Under the pieces are notes generated by a model, which searched no databases, had not been told where the DNA came from, and saw only the letters and a list, made by a program, of their open reading frames with translations. The translations under genes and the position numbers were made by a program. 64,000 nucleotides of DNA from an uncultured Hyphomicrobiales bacterium (GTDB lineage Bacteria; Bacteroidota; Ignavibacteria; Kapaibacteriales; UBA2268), in contig CAYWYR010000014.1 of the NCBI GenBank assembly GCA_964462685.1, positions 10,813-74,812 of the forward strand, written 5' to 3'. Positions within the stretch are counted from its first letter, which is position 1; every line of letters starts with the position of its first letter. This document shows positions 50,484-61,701 of the stretch, one piece after another.

Positions 50484-52745
50484 TTGAAAGACAGACTTAA
50501 AGCGCTAACACAGCCGTCAGACCTTTTTCTTATAGTACTGGTTGTTGTCGGTATAATAATGTTGATATATTCTGATACGGCTGCTTTGCAGGTTATAGGT
50601 ATCTGTATATCCATACTTGGTATCGTATCAGCTATAGTAATAGCAAATCAAAGAATAAATTCAGTTGTTGATCCTAGTTTGCTCAAGCTTCAAAAGGAAA
50701 AGCAGAAATATAGCGTTACCCGAAAAGACACGCCTAAAGCTCGTATCAAGGTGATCGAAAACTTTGATGAGAGAATCAGCAGTGACGATCTGAAATATGG
50801 CATGCCTGATTTGGCTGACAAAACGGAGGGTTTCAAAGTTGTCGGCAAATCTTCAGTTACCTCTACCGATGATGCTGCTAAAGGTATCGTCAACGATGTA
50901 TCTAAAGCCAATAGCTCACCTTCAAGCACTGCGGGCAGCGAGTCACAACCGCGTGCAAAAGCCGATCATAGAGCTATCCCCAAAGATTACCAAGACCTTG
51001 AAAGCGAGATTTTATCCGAGGGTTTCAGAGTTGTGGGGAAAAATTCCGGAAAAAGTAGTTCTAAAACCAATTCCTCAGTAAACAATACTAAAGAAAACCA
51101 TTCGGTTCCGGGTAATGAGGTGCCCATCTTTGATATAGAACCTAAAGTACCACCTAAGGATAAAGCAATACCTGACCAAAAGGGAGAAAGTAACTCAAAT
51201 GTATCTCCGAGTAATGAAATTTCTATGCCCCAGGGTAATTTGGATGATTTCAATTGGAACGCTTTGATCGACGAAGAAATCTTCCCTAGCAACCACCCTA
51301 AAAAAGAACTTGATTTTTTTGTGCAGAGAATTCTGCGCACAACCCTTGCCACCAGCGAATGCCATACAGTATCTTTCGTACTGTATGATTCCGAAAAAAA
51401 TCTGATGAAGATAGAGTCTCTGGTCTCCGATTCACCCAACTCCATTGTCAACGCAAAGAGAATAGCTATAGGTAGTGATATACTTAGCACTATCGTCACA
51501 AGTGCTAAACCGACAATTATAAGCTCTATCGCCGAAGGAAGCGCAAATGATCTTATACCTTACTATAACAGGAATATACCTATCAGATCATTTATCGGTA
51601 TTCCTATTACGTACTCTGGTACTGTAGTAGGGGTGTTGAGCCTTGATTCTAAGGAAGAAAAAGCTTTCAATGAACTGACGGCTACTTATCTGGGCCATAC
51701 TTCCAAACTCCTGAGCGGCTTACTGCAAAGCTATAGCGAGAAATTCGACTTGAAACAGATGGCCGAATCATATACGGCTATCAATAATTTCAGACTGCTT
51801 TCATCTGATTCCAACGTAGGCATGAAAGAGATTTCGCATTCACTTTCAACCACCATAAACAATAGCTTAGAACCTCAGAATATCGGGATAGTCTTATTTG
51901 ATCATGAATTAAACCACTGGAAGATCAACAATTATCTTTCAGTGGATGACAAGTCTTATGATGGCATAGCTATCAGTGAGGCTTCGCCTCTCAGCGGTTC
52001 GATAGAAAACGGGGAATTGCAAGTCTTGTATAAGCAGGCCAAGATTGTGCTCAACGAATCTCAAGATCTACAGTTTTCAAGAGCCAATGATGTATTTATA
52101 GTACCCATTAGAACGGAGAGTTCCATCTTCGGGTGTTTCTTTATATCTGTTCCTCCCCGCCAGAGTTACGGGCCAAAGGCATTGCAGATGATGGAAGTGT
52201 TAGCAGAGTATTCCGCAATAGCGATTGAGAAAATCTATCTGTCAAAGATAATTCGGGATAATGCATTCTATAACTCAGTAACAGGGCTTCTTAATAAAAA
52301 GGCCTTCCTTGATAGGTTGGAATCAGAATCACGAAGAGCAAAAGACTTTGAGTACGATTCATCCTTGTTGATACTGAAAGTCGATCATTATGAAGCTTAT
52401 AGTTCTGATGTGAGTATTGATCACGCGATCGCTGAATTCGTGAGCCATATCATATCTACCAATGTAAGGGGATATGACTTCGTCGGTAATTTTGATGATG
52501 TGTTCTTCGTATCCACGGTAAGGACAGGTGCCGAGAACGCTCGTATCTGGAGTGAGAAAATCAAGAACAATATAGCTACAGAAACGCTTCAGATAAAAGA
52601 TAAAGAGTATAATGTCACAGTTTCGATAGGTATTCTCCAATACGGTAGTAGCTATATCGCAGAACCTGAGGATATGATAAAATACGGGTTAGGGCTAATG
52701 GAACAGTACAACAGTCAATCCAATTCAGTAGCTTTGTATTCGTAA
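50484..52745 (+). CDS. Membrane-anchored GAF-domain protein with a C-terminal degenerate GGDEF domain (GNFDD).
   Basis: An N-terminal TM pair and a long S/T/K-rich linker. The C-terminal domain has GGDEF-fold landmarks (NSVTGLLNKKAF…LILKVDHYE…RGYDFVGNFDDVFFV…VSIGI), but the GG(D/E)EF signature is GNFDD. Confidence 0.6.
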   Translation: MKDRLKALTQPSDLFLIVLVVVGIIMLIYSDTAALQVIGICISILGIVSAIVIANQRINSVVDPSLLKLQKEKQKYSVTRKDTPKARIKVIENFDERISSDDLKYGMPDLADKTEGFKVVGKSSVTSTDDAAKGIVNDVSKANSSPSSTAGSESQPRAKADHRAIPKDYQDLESEILSEGFRVVGKNSGKSSSKTNSSVNNTKENHSVPGNEVPIFDIEPKVPPKDKAIPDQKGESNSNVSPSNEISMPQGNLDDFNWNALIDEEIFPSNHPKKELDFFVQRILRTTLATSECHTVSFVLYDSEKNLMKIESLVSDSPNSIVNAKRIAIGSDILSTIVTSAKPTIISSIAEGSANDLIPYYNRNIPIRSFIGIPITYSGTVVGVLSLDSKEEKAFNELTATYLGHTSKLLSGLLQSYSEKFDLKQMAESYTAINNFRLLSSDSNVGMKEISHSLSTTINNSLEPQNIGIVLFDHELNHWKINNYLSVDDKSYDGIAISEASPLSGSIENGELQVLYKQAKIVLNESQDLQFSRANDVFIVPIRTESSIFGCFFISVPPRQSYGPKALQMMEVLAEYSAIAIEKIYLSKIIRDNAFYNSVTGLLNKKAFLDRLESESRRAKDFEYDSSLLILKVDHYEAYSSDVSIDHAIAEFVSHIISTNVRGYDFVGNFDDVFFVSTVRTGAENARIWSEKIKNNIATETLQIKDKEYNVTVSIGILQYGSSYIAEPEDMIKYGLGLMEQYNSQSNSVALYS

Positions 52746-52829
52746 TTACTCTTACATAATAATCATAGGCAGATAATCATCGGATATATAAAGAAGGCTA
52801 TCAAAGCCCTGGAAGAAAACGGGGCAGCA

Positions 52830-54920
52830 ATGAGGCTGAACGAGCTGGCTAAAGAGCTGGAGCTGAGTTCGGATACCCCAGAATACCAGCAACTAAAGTC
52901 CGATCTGGATGATTTGGTAGAACAGAAAAAAATCACCAAGTCCACCCGAAGGCGATATGCTCTTCCTGATCAAAAACCAGATGAACCCAAAAAGCTACAG
53001 GGTATATTCCAACACGAGTATAATATCAGCTTTTTCTATCCCGATGATGACTCTAAGAAAATAAGAGTAAAATTCGCCGATACCCATACCGCACTCCATG
53101 GTGATAAGGTAGCCGTTAAAATACAGGGCTCAGGCAAAAAAGCTACTGCCAAAGTTATCGAGGTTATCCAAAGAGCAAAGCATAAAATGATCGGCCATAT
53201 AGAAAGTGACGGTTTAGACTATTACTTTGTATCCGACGATAATCATTATCATATTGATTTTTTAGTCAAAGGCGCTGACCTTGATGAAATTCTGCCTTTA
53301 CAGAAAGTAACAGTAGAATTCATCAGATGGGAAGATATAAGATACAATCCAGAAGTTGTGCTTTCTGGTGTTTATTCTGATGAAGACAAAATCAGATCGC
53401 TTTTTGAAGATGTGATGAACGAATTCAATCTCAAAGCATCTTTCCCTAGTGAAGTACAAGCGGATGCCGATTTGAAAGGAACGCCGGAAGGGCCTGTCGA
53501 TAAGCCAGAGCGAATGGATATCAGAGATCTTGACGTCATAACTATTGATCCCGCAGATGCCAGAGACTTTGATGACGCACTGAGCCTGGAAACTTTAGAA
53601 AACGGGAATTTTAGGGTAGGTATCCATATAGCAGATGTATCTACTTATATCCCGGAAAACTCAAAGCTTGATATCGAAGCGCGCAAAAGGGGTAATTCGG
53701 TTTACCTTGTCGATAAGGTAGTTCCCATGCTGCCTGAACACATTTCCAATATAGTCTGCTCCCTTAACCCACATGTGGATAGAAACGCTTTCTCGGTATT
53801 CGTAGAGCTCACTAAACTCTGCAGGATCGTGGATTATGAGATATCTGAGACACTTATCAACAGTAAAAGAAGATTTTCCTATGAAGAGGCACAGGAAGTT
53901 CTTGATTCTGGAGAAGGAGATTTTGCCGATACCTTGGCAAGCCTTAATAATCTTGCCATGAAGATGCGCAAGAAAAGATTTAAGACCGGTGGTATTGAGT
54001 TTGAAACAACTGAAACACGGTACAGAACCGATGAAAACGGATACCCTGCATTAGCCGAATTAAAATCCCCTACAGCGAGCACTAAACTCATCGAAGAGTT
54101 CATGCTTTTGGCAAATAGGGTTGTAGCTAAATTTGTTGATGACATTTCAAAAAAACGAAAGGCTAAAAATACTTACCCTTACCTCTTTAGGATACACGAG
54201 CAACCTGAACCTGAGATGCTCAGGACAAACCTTGAGTTCGTAACTAGAATAGGCGGCGAGAAACACGATAAGAAAAATATTTCTTCGGCTGAGATCAACA
54301 GGATACTCAGGTCATTTGAAGGCAGGCCTGAAAAATCGATTGTAAACGCTATTCTTATCAGATCAATGCCTAAAGCCGTGTACTCCCAGATTAATATGGG
54401 GCATTATGGCTTGGGTTTCAAAGATTACTCACACTTTACATCCCCGATCAGAAGGTATCCGGATCTGATTATCCATAGACTGATCAAAGAGTATCTGAAG
54501 GAAGCACCCGACTCAGGACGTGTAGCTTACTTGAAAAAGCTTGTCAAAGAAGTAGGTGCACACTGTTCGGCAACTGAAAGAACAGCGATGGAGGCAGAAA
54601 GAGCTTCTAAAAAAGTAGCAGGGGCGATACTTGCCTATGATAATATGAATCGTGAGTTTGGCGGCACTGTTACAGGAGTAATGCAGTTCGGTATTTTCGT
54701 GCAGCTGGATACACTGCTTTGCGAAGGGCTAATCCATATCAGAGAGCTGAAGGATGATTATTATACCTACGATGAGAACAACTTCATGCTCAGGGGCAAG
54801 AAGAAAAAGAACAGATTCAGAATAGGAGATAGGTTGAACGCCCGTATAACGCGTGTAGTACTTGCAAAAAGGCAAATAGATCTGGCCTTTATAGGTCGGA
54901 TTGAAGATGTAAACGAATAA
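52830..54920 (+). CDS. rnr: Ribonuclease R.
   Basis: Cold-shock/OB, RNB catalytic domain (…DPADARDFDDALS…) and a C-terminal S1 domain. 696 aa. Confidence 0.9.
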   Translation: MRLNELAKELELSSDTPEYQQLKSDLDDLVEQKKITKSTRRRYALPDQKPDEPKKLQGIFQHEYNISFFYPDDDSKKIRVKFADTHTALHGDKVAVKIQGSGKKATAKVIEVIQRAKHKMIGHIESDGLDYYFVSDDNHYHIDFLVKGADLDEILPLQKVTVEFIRWEDIRYNPEVVLSGVYSDEDKIRSLFEDVMNEFNLKASFPSEVQADADLKGTPEGPVDKPERMDIRDLDVITIDPADARDFDDALSLETLENGNFRVGIHIADVSTYIPENSKLDIEARKRGNSVYLVDKVVPMLPEHISNIVCSLNPHVDRNAFSVFVELTKLCRIVDYEISETLINSKRRFSYEEAQEVLDSGEGDFADTLASLNNLAMKMRKKRFKTGGIEFETTETRYRTDENGYPALAELKSPTASTKLIEEFMLLANRVVAKFVDDISKKRKAKNTYPYLFRIHEQPEPEMLRTNLEFVTRIGGEKHDKKNISSAEINRILRSFEGRPEKSIVNAILIRSMPKAVYSQINMGHYGLGFKDYSHFTSPIRRYPDLIIHRLIKEYLKEAPDSGRVAYLKKLVKEVGAHCSATERTAMEAERASKKVAGAILAYDNMNREFGGTVTGVMQFGIFVQLDTLLCEGLIHIRELKDDYYTYDENNFMLRGKKKKNRFRIGDRLNARITRVVLAKRQIDLAFIGRIEDVNE

Positions 54921-54937
54921 TAATACAGAGAAACGAC

Positions 54938-55549
54938 TTGTTTACAGGACTAATTGAGGAAATAGGCAGTGTAGATGAAGCTACTATTAAAAACGGCTCA
55001 CTGCATTTGAAGATTTCCTGCGATAAAATACTTGAAGATGTCTATACTGATGCTTCGATTGCCGTTAACGGCTGCTGCTTGACAGTAACCGGGTTTACCG
55101 ATCAGACTTTCTCGGCTACCGCTATTGAGGAAACTCTCAGAAAGACCAATCTCGAGAATCTTACCAAGGGTAGTAAGGTTAATCTGGAACGGGCTATGAA
55201 GCAGAGCGATAGGTTAGGAGGGCACATAGTACAAGGCCATGTGGATACTAAAACGGAGCTGGTGAAAATTGAACCAGAAGGCACAGGCGTATCCCTTACC
55301 TACAATCTGCCCCCAGAGGGCGATATGCTTGTGGTCGAGATGGGCTCGATAACTATTGACGGCATCAGCCTTACAGTCGCAGGTAGAGAAAAAAACACTT
55401 TCCGGGTAGCTATCATCCCACATACTTGGAAAAACACAAATCTATCAGATAGCAAAACCGGCCATATATCAAACATAGAATTTGATATGACCGGTAAATA
55501 TATAAGTAGAATGATACAGCCGTATCTAAATAAATTATCAGAAAGGTAA
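54938..55549 (+). CDS. ribE: Riboflavin synthase (alpha chain).
   Basis: [10 protein letters not shown]…, two lumazine-binding repeats. 203 aa. Confidence 0.9.
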   Translation: MFTGLIEEIGSVDEATIKNGSLHLKISCDKILEDVYTDASIAVNGCCLTVTGFTDQTFSATAIEETLRKTNLENLTKGSKVNLERAMKQSDRLGGHIVQGHVDTKTELVKIEPEGTGVSLTYNLPPEGDMLVVEMGSITIDGISLTVAGREKNTFRVAIIPHTWKNTNLSDSKTGHISNIEFDMTGKYISRMIQPYLNKLSER

Positions 55550-55550
55550 T

Positions 55551-56948
55551 ATGCAAGACTATAGAATAGAACGCGATTCGATGGGTGAGATAAAAGTACC
55601 TAACGAGATGTACTATGGCGCTCAGGCCGCCCGCTCGCTCAATAATTTTGCCATCGGTGTCGAGAAAATGCCTCGGGAGCTGATCAGGGCTATCGGGATA
55701 CTAAAAAAAGGTGCTGCCAAAGCAAACGAGAAACTGGGGGTACTGGAAAGTGATAAAGCGGAATTGATATATAAGGCGGCCGATGAGGTTATTTCCGGAA
55801 AGCTTGATACACATTTCCCTTTATCGGTTTGGCAGACAGGATCTGGCACACAGACCAACATGAACAGTAATGAGGTGATCTCTAATAGAGCCATAGAGAT
55901 AGCCGGCGGAAAATTAGGAAGTAAAGATCCTATACACCCTAACGATGATGTAAATAAGTCTCAGTCCTCCAATGATACATTCCCGACCGCTATGCATATT
56001 GCCGCTGGGGAACAGCTCAATAATTACCTGCTCCCTAAACTGAAAGAATTAAGAGACACACTTGCCGAGAAAAGTGAGAAATTCAGCGAGGTGATAAAGA
56101 TAGGGCGAACACACCTGCAGGATGCGGTACCTCTTACCCTGGGTCAGGAATTTTCAGCATACGTCAGGCAGCTTGATCTTGCAAAAGATAGAATTGAAGC
56201 TGTATTGCCTGGCCTATATGAACTTGCCCTCGGTGGTACGGCTGTAGGTACTGGGCTCAACTCCCACCCTGACTTCGCTAAAACCTCCGCTGAGTTCATT
56301 GCCAAAGAAACAGGTTTGCCTTTTGTAACCGCAGTAAATAAATTCGAAGCATTAGCGGCTCATGATGCTATAGTATTTGCACACGGCGCTATTAAAACCC
56401 TAGCAGGCTCTTTGATGAAGATAGCCAATGACGTTAGATGGTTGGCATCGGGCCCACGGTGCGGTTTAGGGGAGATCACTATTCCCGAGAACGAACCCGG
56501 TAGCTCTATTATGCCTGGTAAGGTGAACCCCACACAATCTGAAGCTATGACCATGGTAGTGGCACAGGTTATGGGCAATGACGCAGCTATCAACTTTGCT
56601 GGTAGCCAGGGTAACTTCGAGCTTAATGTTTATAAGCCTGTTATGATTTATAATTTTTTGCAAAGCGTAAGGCTGTTAGCTGATACAATGACTATGTTCA
56701 ACGAGCATTGTGCGGGAGGGATAGAGCCTAACAGAGAAAAGATCAATCACTATCTAGAAAACTCTCTGATGCTGGTAACAGCACTCAATCCCCATATAGG
56801 GTATGATAACGCAGCAAAAATTGCGAAGCACGCACATAAAACAGGCGGTACGTTGAAAGGTGCTGCCACGGAGCTAGGAATACTTACCGAAGATCAGTTT
56901 GACGAGTTTGTAATACCAAAAAACATGACATCGCCAAACCTAAAATAG
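55551..56948 (+). CDS. fumC: Class II fumarate hydratase.
   Basis: [12 protein letters not shown] and [16 protein letters not shown] signature. It is FumC-like rather than AspA-like across the N-terminus. Confidence 0.9.
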   Translation: MQDYRIERDSMGEIKVPNEMYYGAQAARSLNNFAIGVEKMPRELIRAIGILKKGAAKANEKLGVLESDKAELIYKAADEVISGKLDTHFPLSVWQTGSGTQTNMNSNEVISNRAIEIAGGKLGSKDPIHPNDDVNKSQSSNDTFPTAMHIAAGEQLNNYLLPKLKELRDTLAEKSEKFSEVIKIGRTHLQDAVPLTLGQEFSAYVRQLDLAKDRIEAVLPGLYELALGGTAVGTGLNSHPDFAKTSAEFIAKETGLPFVTAVNKFEALAAHDAIVFAHGAIKTLAGSLMKIANDVRWLASGPRCGLGEITIPENEPGSSIMPGKVNPTQSEAMTMVVAQVMGNDAAINFAGSQGNFELNVYKPVMIYNFLQSVRLLADTMTMFNEHCAGGIEPNREKINHYLENSLMLVTALNPHIGYDNAAKIAKHAHKTGGTLKGAATELGILTEDQFDEFVIPKNMTSPNLK

Positions 56949-56970
56949 CCGATTGTGGATAACCCTTATG

Positions 56971-57003
56971 AAAGCCTGCTACAAACCAGCGGGCTTTATT
57001 TTA
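56971..57003 (+). terminator. Possible terminator after fumC.
   Basis: aagcctgct…agcgggctt hairpin (one G-U pair) followed by a T-rich tract. Confidence 0.4.
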
Positions 57004-57158
57004 TACGATCAGTATAGTTTCAAAAATAGTACAATTACAAATAAAATGTTCTTTTATAAAATATAATTTAATTAATGTCGTTTGTGTATATGTAAGTCGT
57101 GATGATTAGAACTTTAATAATAACAGCGACGTATTAAATTGTATAACAAATTCTGGAA

Positions 57159-59183
57159 GTGAAACAGATGAAGAACTTAATGAACAAATTAGTAGCAACG
57201 GCGGCAGCACTGACATTCGGTCTAGTGGCACAAGCTGATGCTCAAAATATGTACACAGACTATGAAGATAATCAAGAATCGACCAAAATCGGTATTACGG
57301 CAGCTATAAATGGAAACTTCGGCGCGCTTGGATATCAAAATAATCTTGCGGGTCAAGGTCAAAACAATTTCGTTAATTTTAACAGAGCGGATGGTTTTGG
57401 TGCTGGTTTTTACGGCGGTCTATTTGGAGAGTATGATTCAGGTGATTGGTGGGGTGCCCAGCTTAGGGTAAACTACGATAACAGATTCGTAAGTGTAACC
57501 AATAATACTATCTCTCCTGATGTTACATCGCAATATGACGCAAACGTCGAGTATGTAACAATCGAACCATTATTTCAGATTAGAGATGTATTCGTAAATG
57601 ATTTCTATGTTCAGGCAGGTCCGGTATTTGCATTTAACGTAGGTACTTCGATGGATTATTGGGCAGATAATGCTGGCCCAGCAGATATTCAGAATTACGA
57701 ACCATCAGGAATGGCACAAAATGTATTCGGTGTGCAGGGTGGTTTAGCTTATGATATCGAATTAGGCGATTCACGTGACGGTCAAGCATGGGTATTCACA
57801 CCATTTGTTGAAGGTTCATGGTTGGTAAACCAAAGAGAAGACGGACTGCCGGGTAGAGATGAAGATGATTTTGATGACACATGGTCAACACCGACATTAA
57901 GAGCTGGTATCCAGTTTTCTTCAATGTTCTTAGATCCGCAGCCAATGGATTTCGGCGAGATCGACTTAGAAGTAGATGAATTAGAACCTGTATCACTTAG
58001 TGTGAACACGCCATACAAAGGTGTAGTAAAAGCACGTTATGTAGAGGAAGATTTCCCACTTGCAACAGCGGTTTTCTTTGAAGAAGGCAGCGATATGATA
58101 CCGAACAGATATGAAAAACTTACTAGAGCTCAGGCAGCTAATTTTTCTGAGAACAAAATTATCGCCCCTAGGGAACTAGGTACCCACTCTATTAAAGAGA
58201 TTAAAGAGCATTCAATGGAAGTATATTACAATGTAGTAAATATTTTCGCCGATAGATTAAGAAAAAATCCTGAGACAACAGTAACACTAGTAGGTGGTGC
58301 GCCATTAGAAACAGATGGACATCAACTTGCAAAATCAGTTGAGACATATTTAACAGATGTATTTGGAATTGATTCAGACAGGATTATGACGAAAGGAATG
58401 GTAATTCCACCTGAAGCATCAGGTACAAAAAATACGCCGCAGAAAGATATGTCTATGGTGAGAGATGAAAACAGAAAAGTTGAATTTATATTCTCTAACC
58501 CATTCATGGAAGCTCCGGTAGTAATGACAAACCTTATCGAATCACCGATAGACCATGACGTAGTTTTCGCACTTGATGAAAACGAAGCAGACGTAAACAG
58601 TTGGAATATTTATATAGAAGGAAACGGTAAAACTCTTAGTTACGGACCATTCTACGGTAGCACTGTAAGAGTTGACCCTAACGTACTACTTAGTGATGAA
58701 GAAGACGGTTTTTACAGAGCTAGAGCTGTTGTAAACACCGAAGCTGGAAGAACAGTATCGGAAACGAAATCATTTACACTTCAAAGAGAAGTAATGGATG
58801 ATAACGAGATAATGGGCGAAAGATTCGCACTGCTGTTTGACTTCGACGAAGAAGATCCAGATAATATTCCTTTTGAAGAATTCCTTCTTACAGAAGTAAT
58901 ACCAAGTATTGAAAGCGACGAAAGAGTAATAATTCACGGCCATACTGACGTGGTAGGTCTTGCAGATTATAACTATGAATTATCTCTAAAGAGAGCTCAA
59001 ACAGTAGAGAGCATTATCGAGAGAGAGCTAAAAAAGAAAAATGTAAATGCTCAAGTTGATGCGATTGGATTTGGTGAGAGCGACATGAGAGTAACATTTG
59101 ACAACTCACTTCCAGAAGGCAGATACTACAACAGAAACGTAATTATCGAGATTATCCCAAACACTAATATGAGTGTAAGATAA
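57159..59183 (+). CDS. OmpA-family outer-membrane protein (N-terminal beta-barrel plus a C-terminal OmpA peptidoglycan-binding domain).
   Basis: Signal peptide. C-terminal …IIHGHTDVVGLADYNYELSLKRAQTVESII… is OmpA_C-like. Confidence 0.75.
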   Translation: MKQMKNLMNKLVATAAALTFGLVAQADAQNMYTDYEDNQESTKIGITAAINGNFGALGYQNNLAGQGQNNFVNFNRADGFGAGFYGGLFGEYDSGDWWGAQLRVNYDNRFVSVTNNTISPDVTSQYDANVEYVTIEPLFQIRDVFVNDFYVQAGPVFAFNVGTSMDYWADNAGPADIQNYEPSGMAQNVFGVQGGLAYDIELGDSRDGQAWVFTPFVEGSWLVNQREDGLPGRDEDDFDDTWSTPTLRAGIQFSSMFLDPQPMDFGEIDLEVDELEPVSLSVNTPYKGVVKARYVEEDFPLATAVFFEEGSDMIPNRYEKLTRAQAANFSENKIIAPRELGTHSIKEIKEHSMEVYYNVVNIFADRLRKNPETTVTLVGGAPLETDGHQLAKSVETYLTDVFGIDSDRIMTKGMVIPPEASGTKNTPQKDMSMVRDENRKVEFIFSNPFMEAPVVMTNLIESPIDHDVVFALDENEADVNSWNIYIEGNGKTLSYGPFYGSTVRVDPNVLLSDEEDGFYRARAVVNTEAGRTVSETKSFTLQREVMDDNEIMGERFALLFDFDEEDPDNIPFEEFLLTEVIPSIESDERVIIHGHTDVVGLADYNYELSLKRAQTVESIIERELKKKNVNAQVDAIGFGESDMRVTFDNSLPEGRYYNRNVIIEIIPNTNMSVR

Positions 59184-59208
59184 TCAACGCCACAACATGT
59201 CAAATAAA

Positions 59209-59237
59209 AGGAAGCCTGAATCAGGCTTCCTTTTTTT
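59209..59237. terminator. Bidirectional rho-independent terminator between convergent OmpA-family and ndh genes.
   Basis: aggaagcctga/atc/aggcttcc flanked by A-rich 5' and T7 3' tracts. It overlaps the ndh stop codon. Confidence 0.6.
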
Positions 59238-60495
59238 GTTTATACTCATCGTCAACTTTTAAGATCAATTGCGCACCAGGTTTGTAGGTAATATAGAACC
59301 AAAACCATTCTATCATTACTTTTATCCTGTTTCTGAAATCAATTAGGTAGAAAACGTGGATCAGGCCCCACATCATCCAAGCGATAAAACCTTTTACTTT
59401 GATTGAGCTACCGATTATACCAACGGCCTTTGCCCTTCCTATAGTAGCCATAGACCCTTTGTCATTATATACAAACGGCTCCCTCGATTCCCTAGGTATT
59501 TGTTTTTCAATGATATCCGCTACATAATCACCTGCCTGGTTCGCTGCTGGCGCGATCCCCGGAACAGCTTTACCCTCCGCATCTATCAGATTTGCAGCAT
59601 CACCGATCACGAATATATTCTCATCTTCTGGGATTGAATAATCAGGATTAACGTTAACGAGCCCGGCTTTATTCTTCTCAGTAGTAAGTTTTGATAATAA
59701 ACCCGCCCCTTTATTACCCGCACCCCACATCACACATTCGGTATCGATTTTCCTTTTATTCGTAGTAACGGTCTGGGCTGTGATATCGGTAACCATTTCC
59801 TCTAAATATAATGTAACATCAAGCTCTCTAAGGGTTTTAGCAGTATAATCAGTAAGTTCTTTAGGATAGGTCGATAGCAAACGGTCGTTACCATCTATCA
59901 GAATGATGTCTATATCCTCTTCTTTGATGTTTTTATAATCGGGAAGTATTGTCCTGCGGGTAATCTCGCTCAAACTGCCAGCTAATTCTACCCCGGTCGG
60001 GCCCCCTCCTATAATAACAAAAGTAAGACATCTCTTGTACTCTTCTGAAGTTTCGGCCGAATCAGCTTTTTCTACAGACCTGAGTATTTTCTCCCTTATT
60101 GTCAGTGCGTCGTTAAGGGTTTTTAGGCCCGGTGCTATACTTTTCCAATCATCATTTCCGAAATATGTAGGCACGGCACCGACTGCGACTACAAGATAGT
60201 CGAATTCAAAACGGTCATCTTTAGTCGATACAATACGGTTATTTTGATCAATATCTAATACTTCATCGTATATTACATCTATATTTTTTGAATGTCTCAG
60301 CTCCGTTCTGATCGGTGCTGCTATATCACCTGGTGATAGCGCTGTAAGTGCTACCTGATAGAGAAGAGGCTGAAAAAGATGATGGTTTTTCTTATCTATT
60401 AAAATTACATCGCAGTTTTGTCCGTTTAGATGTTTGGCGGCTCTAAGCCCACCAAAACCAGCACCGATGATTACAACCTTAGGTTTACTATGCAA
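59221..60495 (-). CDS. ndh: Type II NADH dehydrogenase (NDH-2, FAD-dependent pyridine nucleotide-disulfide oxidoreductase).
   Basis: VVIIGAGFGGLRAA…, a second dinucleotide-binding motif, and C-terminal amphipathic helices. 424 aa. Confidence 0.85.
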   Translation of the reverse strand: MHSKPKVVIIGAGFGGLRAAKHLNGQNCDVILIDKKNHHLFQPLLYQVALTALSPGDIAAPIRTELRHSKNIDVIYDEVLDIDQNNRIVSTKDDRFEFDYLVVAVGAVPTYFGNDDWKSIAPGLKTLNDALTIREKILRSVEKADSAETSEEYKRCLTFVIIGGGPTGVELAGSLSEITRRTILPDYKNIKEEDIDIILIDGNDRLLSTYPKELTDYTAKTLRELDVTLYLEEMVTDITAQTVTTNKRKIDTECVMWGAGNKGAGLLSKLTTEKNKAGLVNVNPDYSIPEDENIFVIGDAANLIDAEGKAVPGIAPAANQAGDYVADIIEKQIPRESREPFVYNDKGSMATIGRAKAVGIIGSSIKVKGFIAWMMWGLIHVFYLIDFRNRIKVMIEWFWFYITYKPGAQLILKVDDEYKQKKEA

Positions 60496-61695
60496 AGATC
60501 TTACCCCTGTATTAATAGCTTAAATATATTGCTATTGACTTTTTATCTCTCGATTTGGTTTATTTCATGTGATTCCGATGATCCAGTGGAGGAAGAAATC
60601 AATACCGACCCTACGGAATTATTGGAAAATATGAATGCTGCACTAGCTGAGATAGATGCCGCCGAGATAGATGTCGACTATTTCTATCAATACGGCAACG
60701 AAGAGCCCTTTGAAGACGAATTCATGATGATTATGAAAAGAGACTCTACCGATCCCGCGGTATCTTCGCGAATAATCATAGAACCGTATAATAGATTCTC
60801 TGGATATTTGCTCACCTATATTGACGGTACTTACATGGCGATAGATTCAAATAGCAAAAAAGTAATGATTACCGAAAAAACTGCGGGTGGAGCCGAACGC
60901 ATCAGAAAGAATTACAGAGGCGAAATAGCGAGTGTATTCTTCGATAAGCTGTATGAATTACAACCTGTCAACGGTACCAATTTTTTGGATGGGGATACCG
61001 TCATTAACGGTGATTCATACCATAGATATATATCTGTGATCGAAGACACGGTTACCGGAAAAAGTGAACGGTATATCTGGCATATCGATAAAGAGACTTA
61101 TCTGCCCAGGGAGTGGTCAAGAATATATTCAAGTGACACGCTGAACGTATTTCAGCATGTTACTATAAAATCAATCAATACAGGACTGAATCCAAACAGT
61201 ATTGCATTTGACATAAAATATCCTAAAGATTACACAGTAGCCTATGATACTGTATTAGGGGAGAGAAACTACCTGCTGGAAGTTGGCGACAGAGTACCCA
61301 ATTTTGAGCTTGCTTATCAGAACGGTGATTCTTTTACTCTAGATTCCGCACTAAACAAACCTACTTTGCTGAAATTCTGGGGTACATGGTGCGGTTATTG
61401 TAAAAAGTCCTTGCCATTGGTTCAAAACGTTGCCCAGAGGTTTGGTGAACAAATAAACATAATAGGCATTTCAGCTTCTGAGCCACAAGGAGCTGACCCC
61501 CAGGGATACCTCGATCAGAACGGATATGATTTCCGCACACTTATCAATGGCGATGAGGTATCGATGGAATATCAAGTACTGGGTTTCCCTACAGTATATC
61601 TTATCGATACCAACGGCTATATCTTGAAGAGCTTTGTAGGCTTTGATGCTGATTTAGACAAAAAACTGATATCGACCATTGAAGAAAATCTGTAA
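60490..61695 (+). CDS. TlpA-like thiol:disulfide oxidoreductase lipoprotein (thioredoxin fold with an N-terminal domain).
   Basis: WGTWCGYCKK CxxC motif. The likely start is MQRSYPC… with lipobox FISC. The track ORF begins at 60430. Confidence 0.7.
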   Translation: MQRSYPCINSLNILLLTFYLSIWFISCDSDDPVEEEINTDPTELLENMNAALAEIDAAEIDVDYFYQYGNEEPFEDEFMMIMKRDSTDPAVSSRIIIEPYNRFSGYLLTYIDGTYMAIDSNSKKVMITEKTAGGAERIRKNYRGEIASVFFDKLYELQPVNGTNFLDGDTVINGDSYHRYISVIEDTVTGKSERYIWHIDKETYLPREWSRIYSSDTLNVFQHVTIKSINTGLNPNSIAFDIKYPKDYTVAYDTVLGERNYLLEVGDRVPNFELAYQNGDSFTLDSALNKPTLLKFWGTWCGYCKKSLPLVQNVAQRFGEQINIIGISASEPQGADPQGYLDQNGYDFRTLINGDEVSMEYQVLGFPTVYLIDTNGYILKSFVGFDADLDKKLISTIEENL

Positions 61696-61701
61696 CAGAG
61701 A

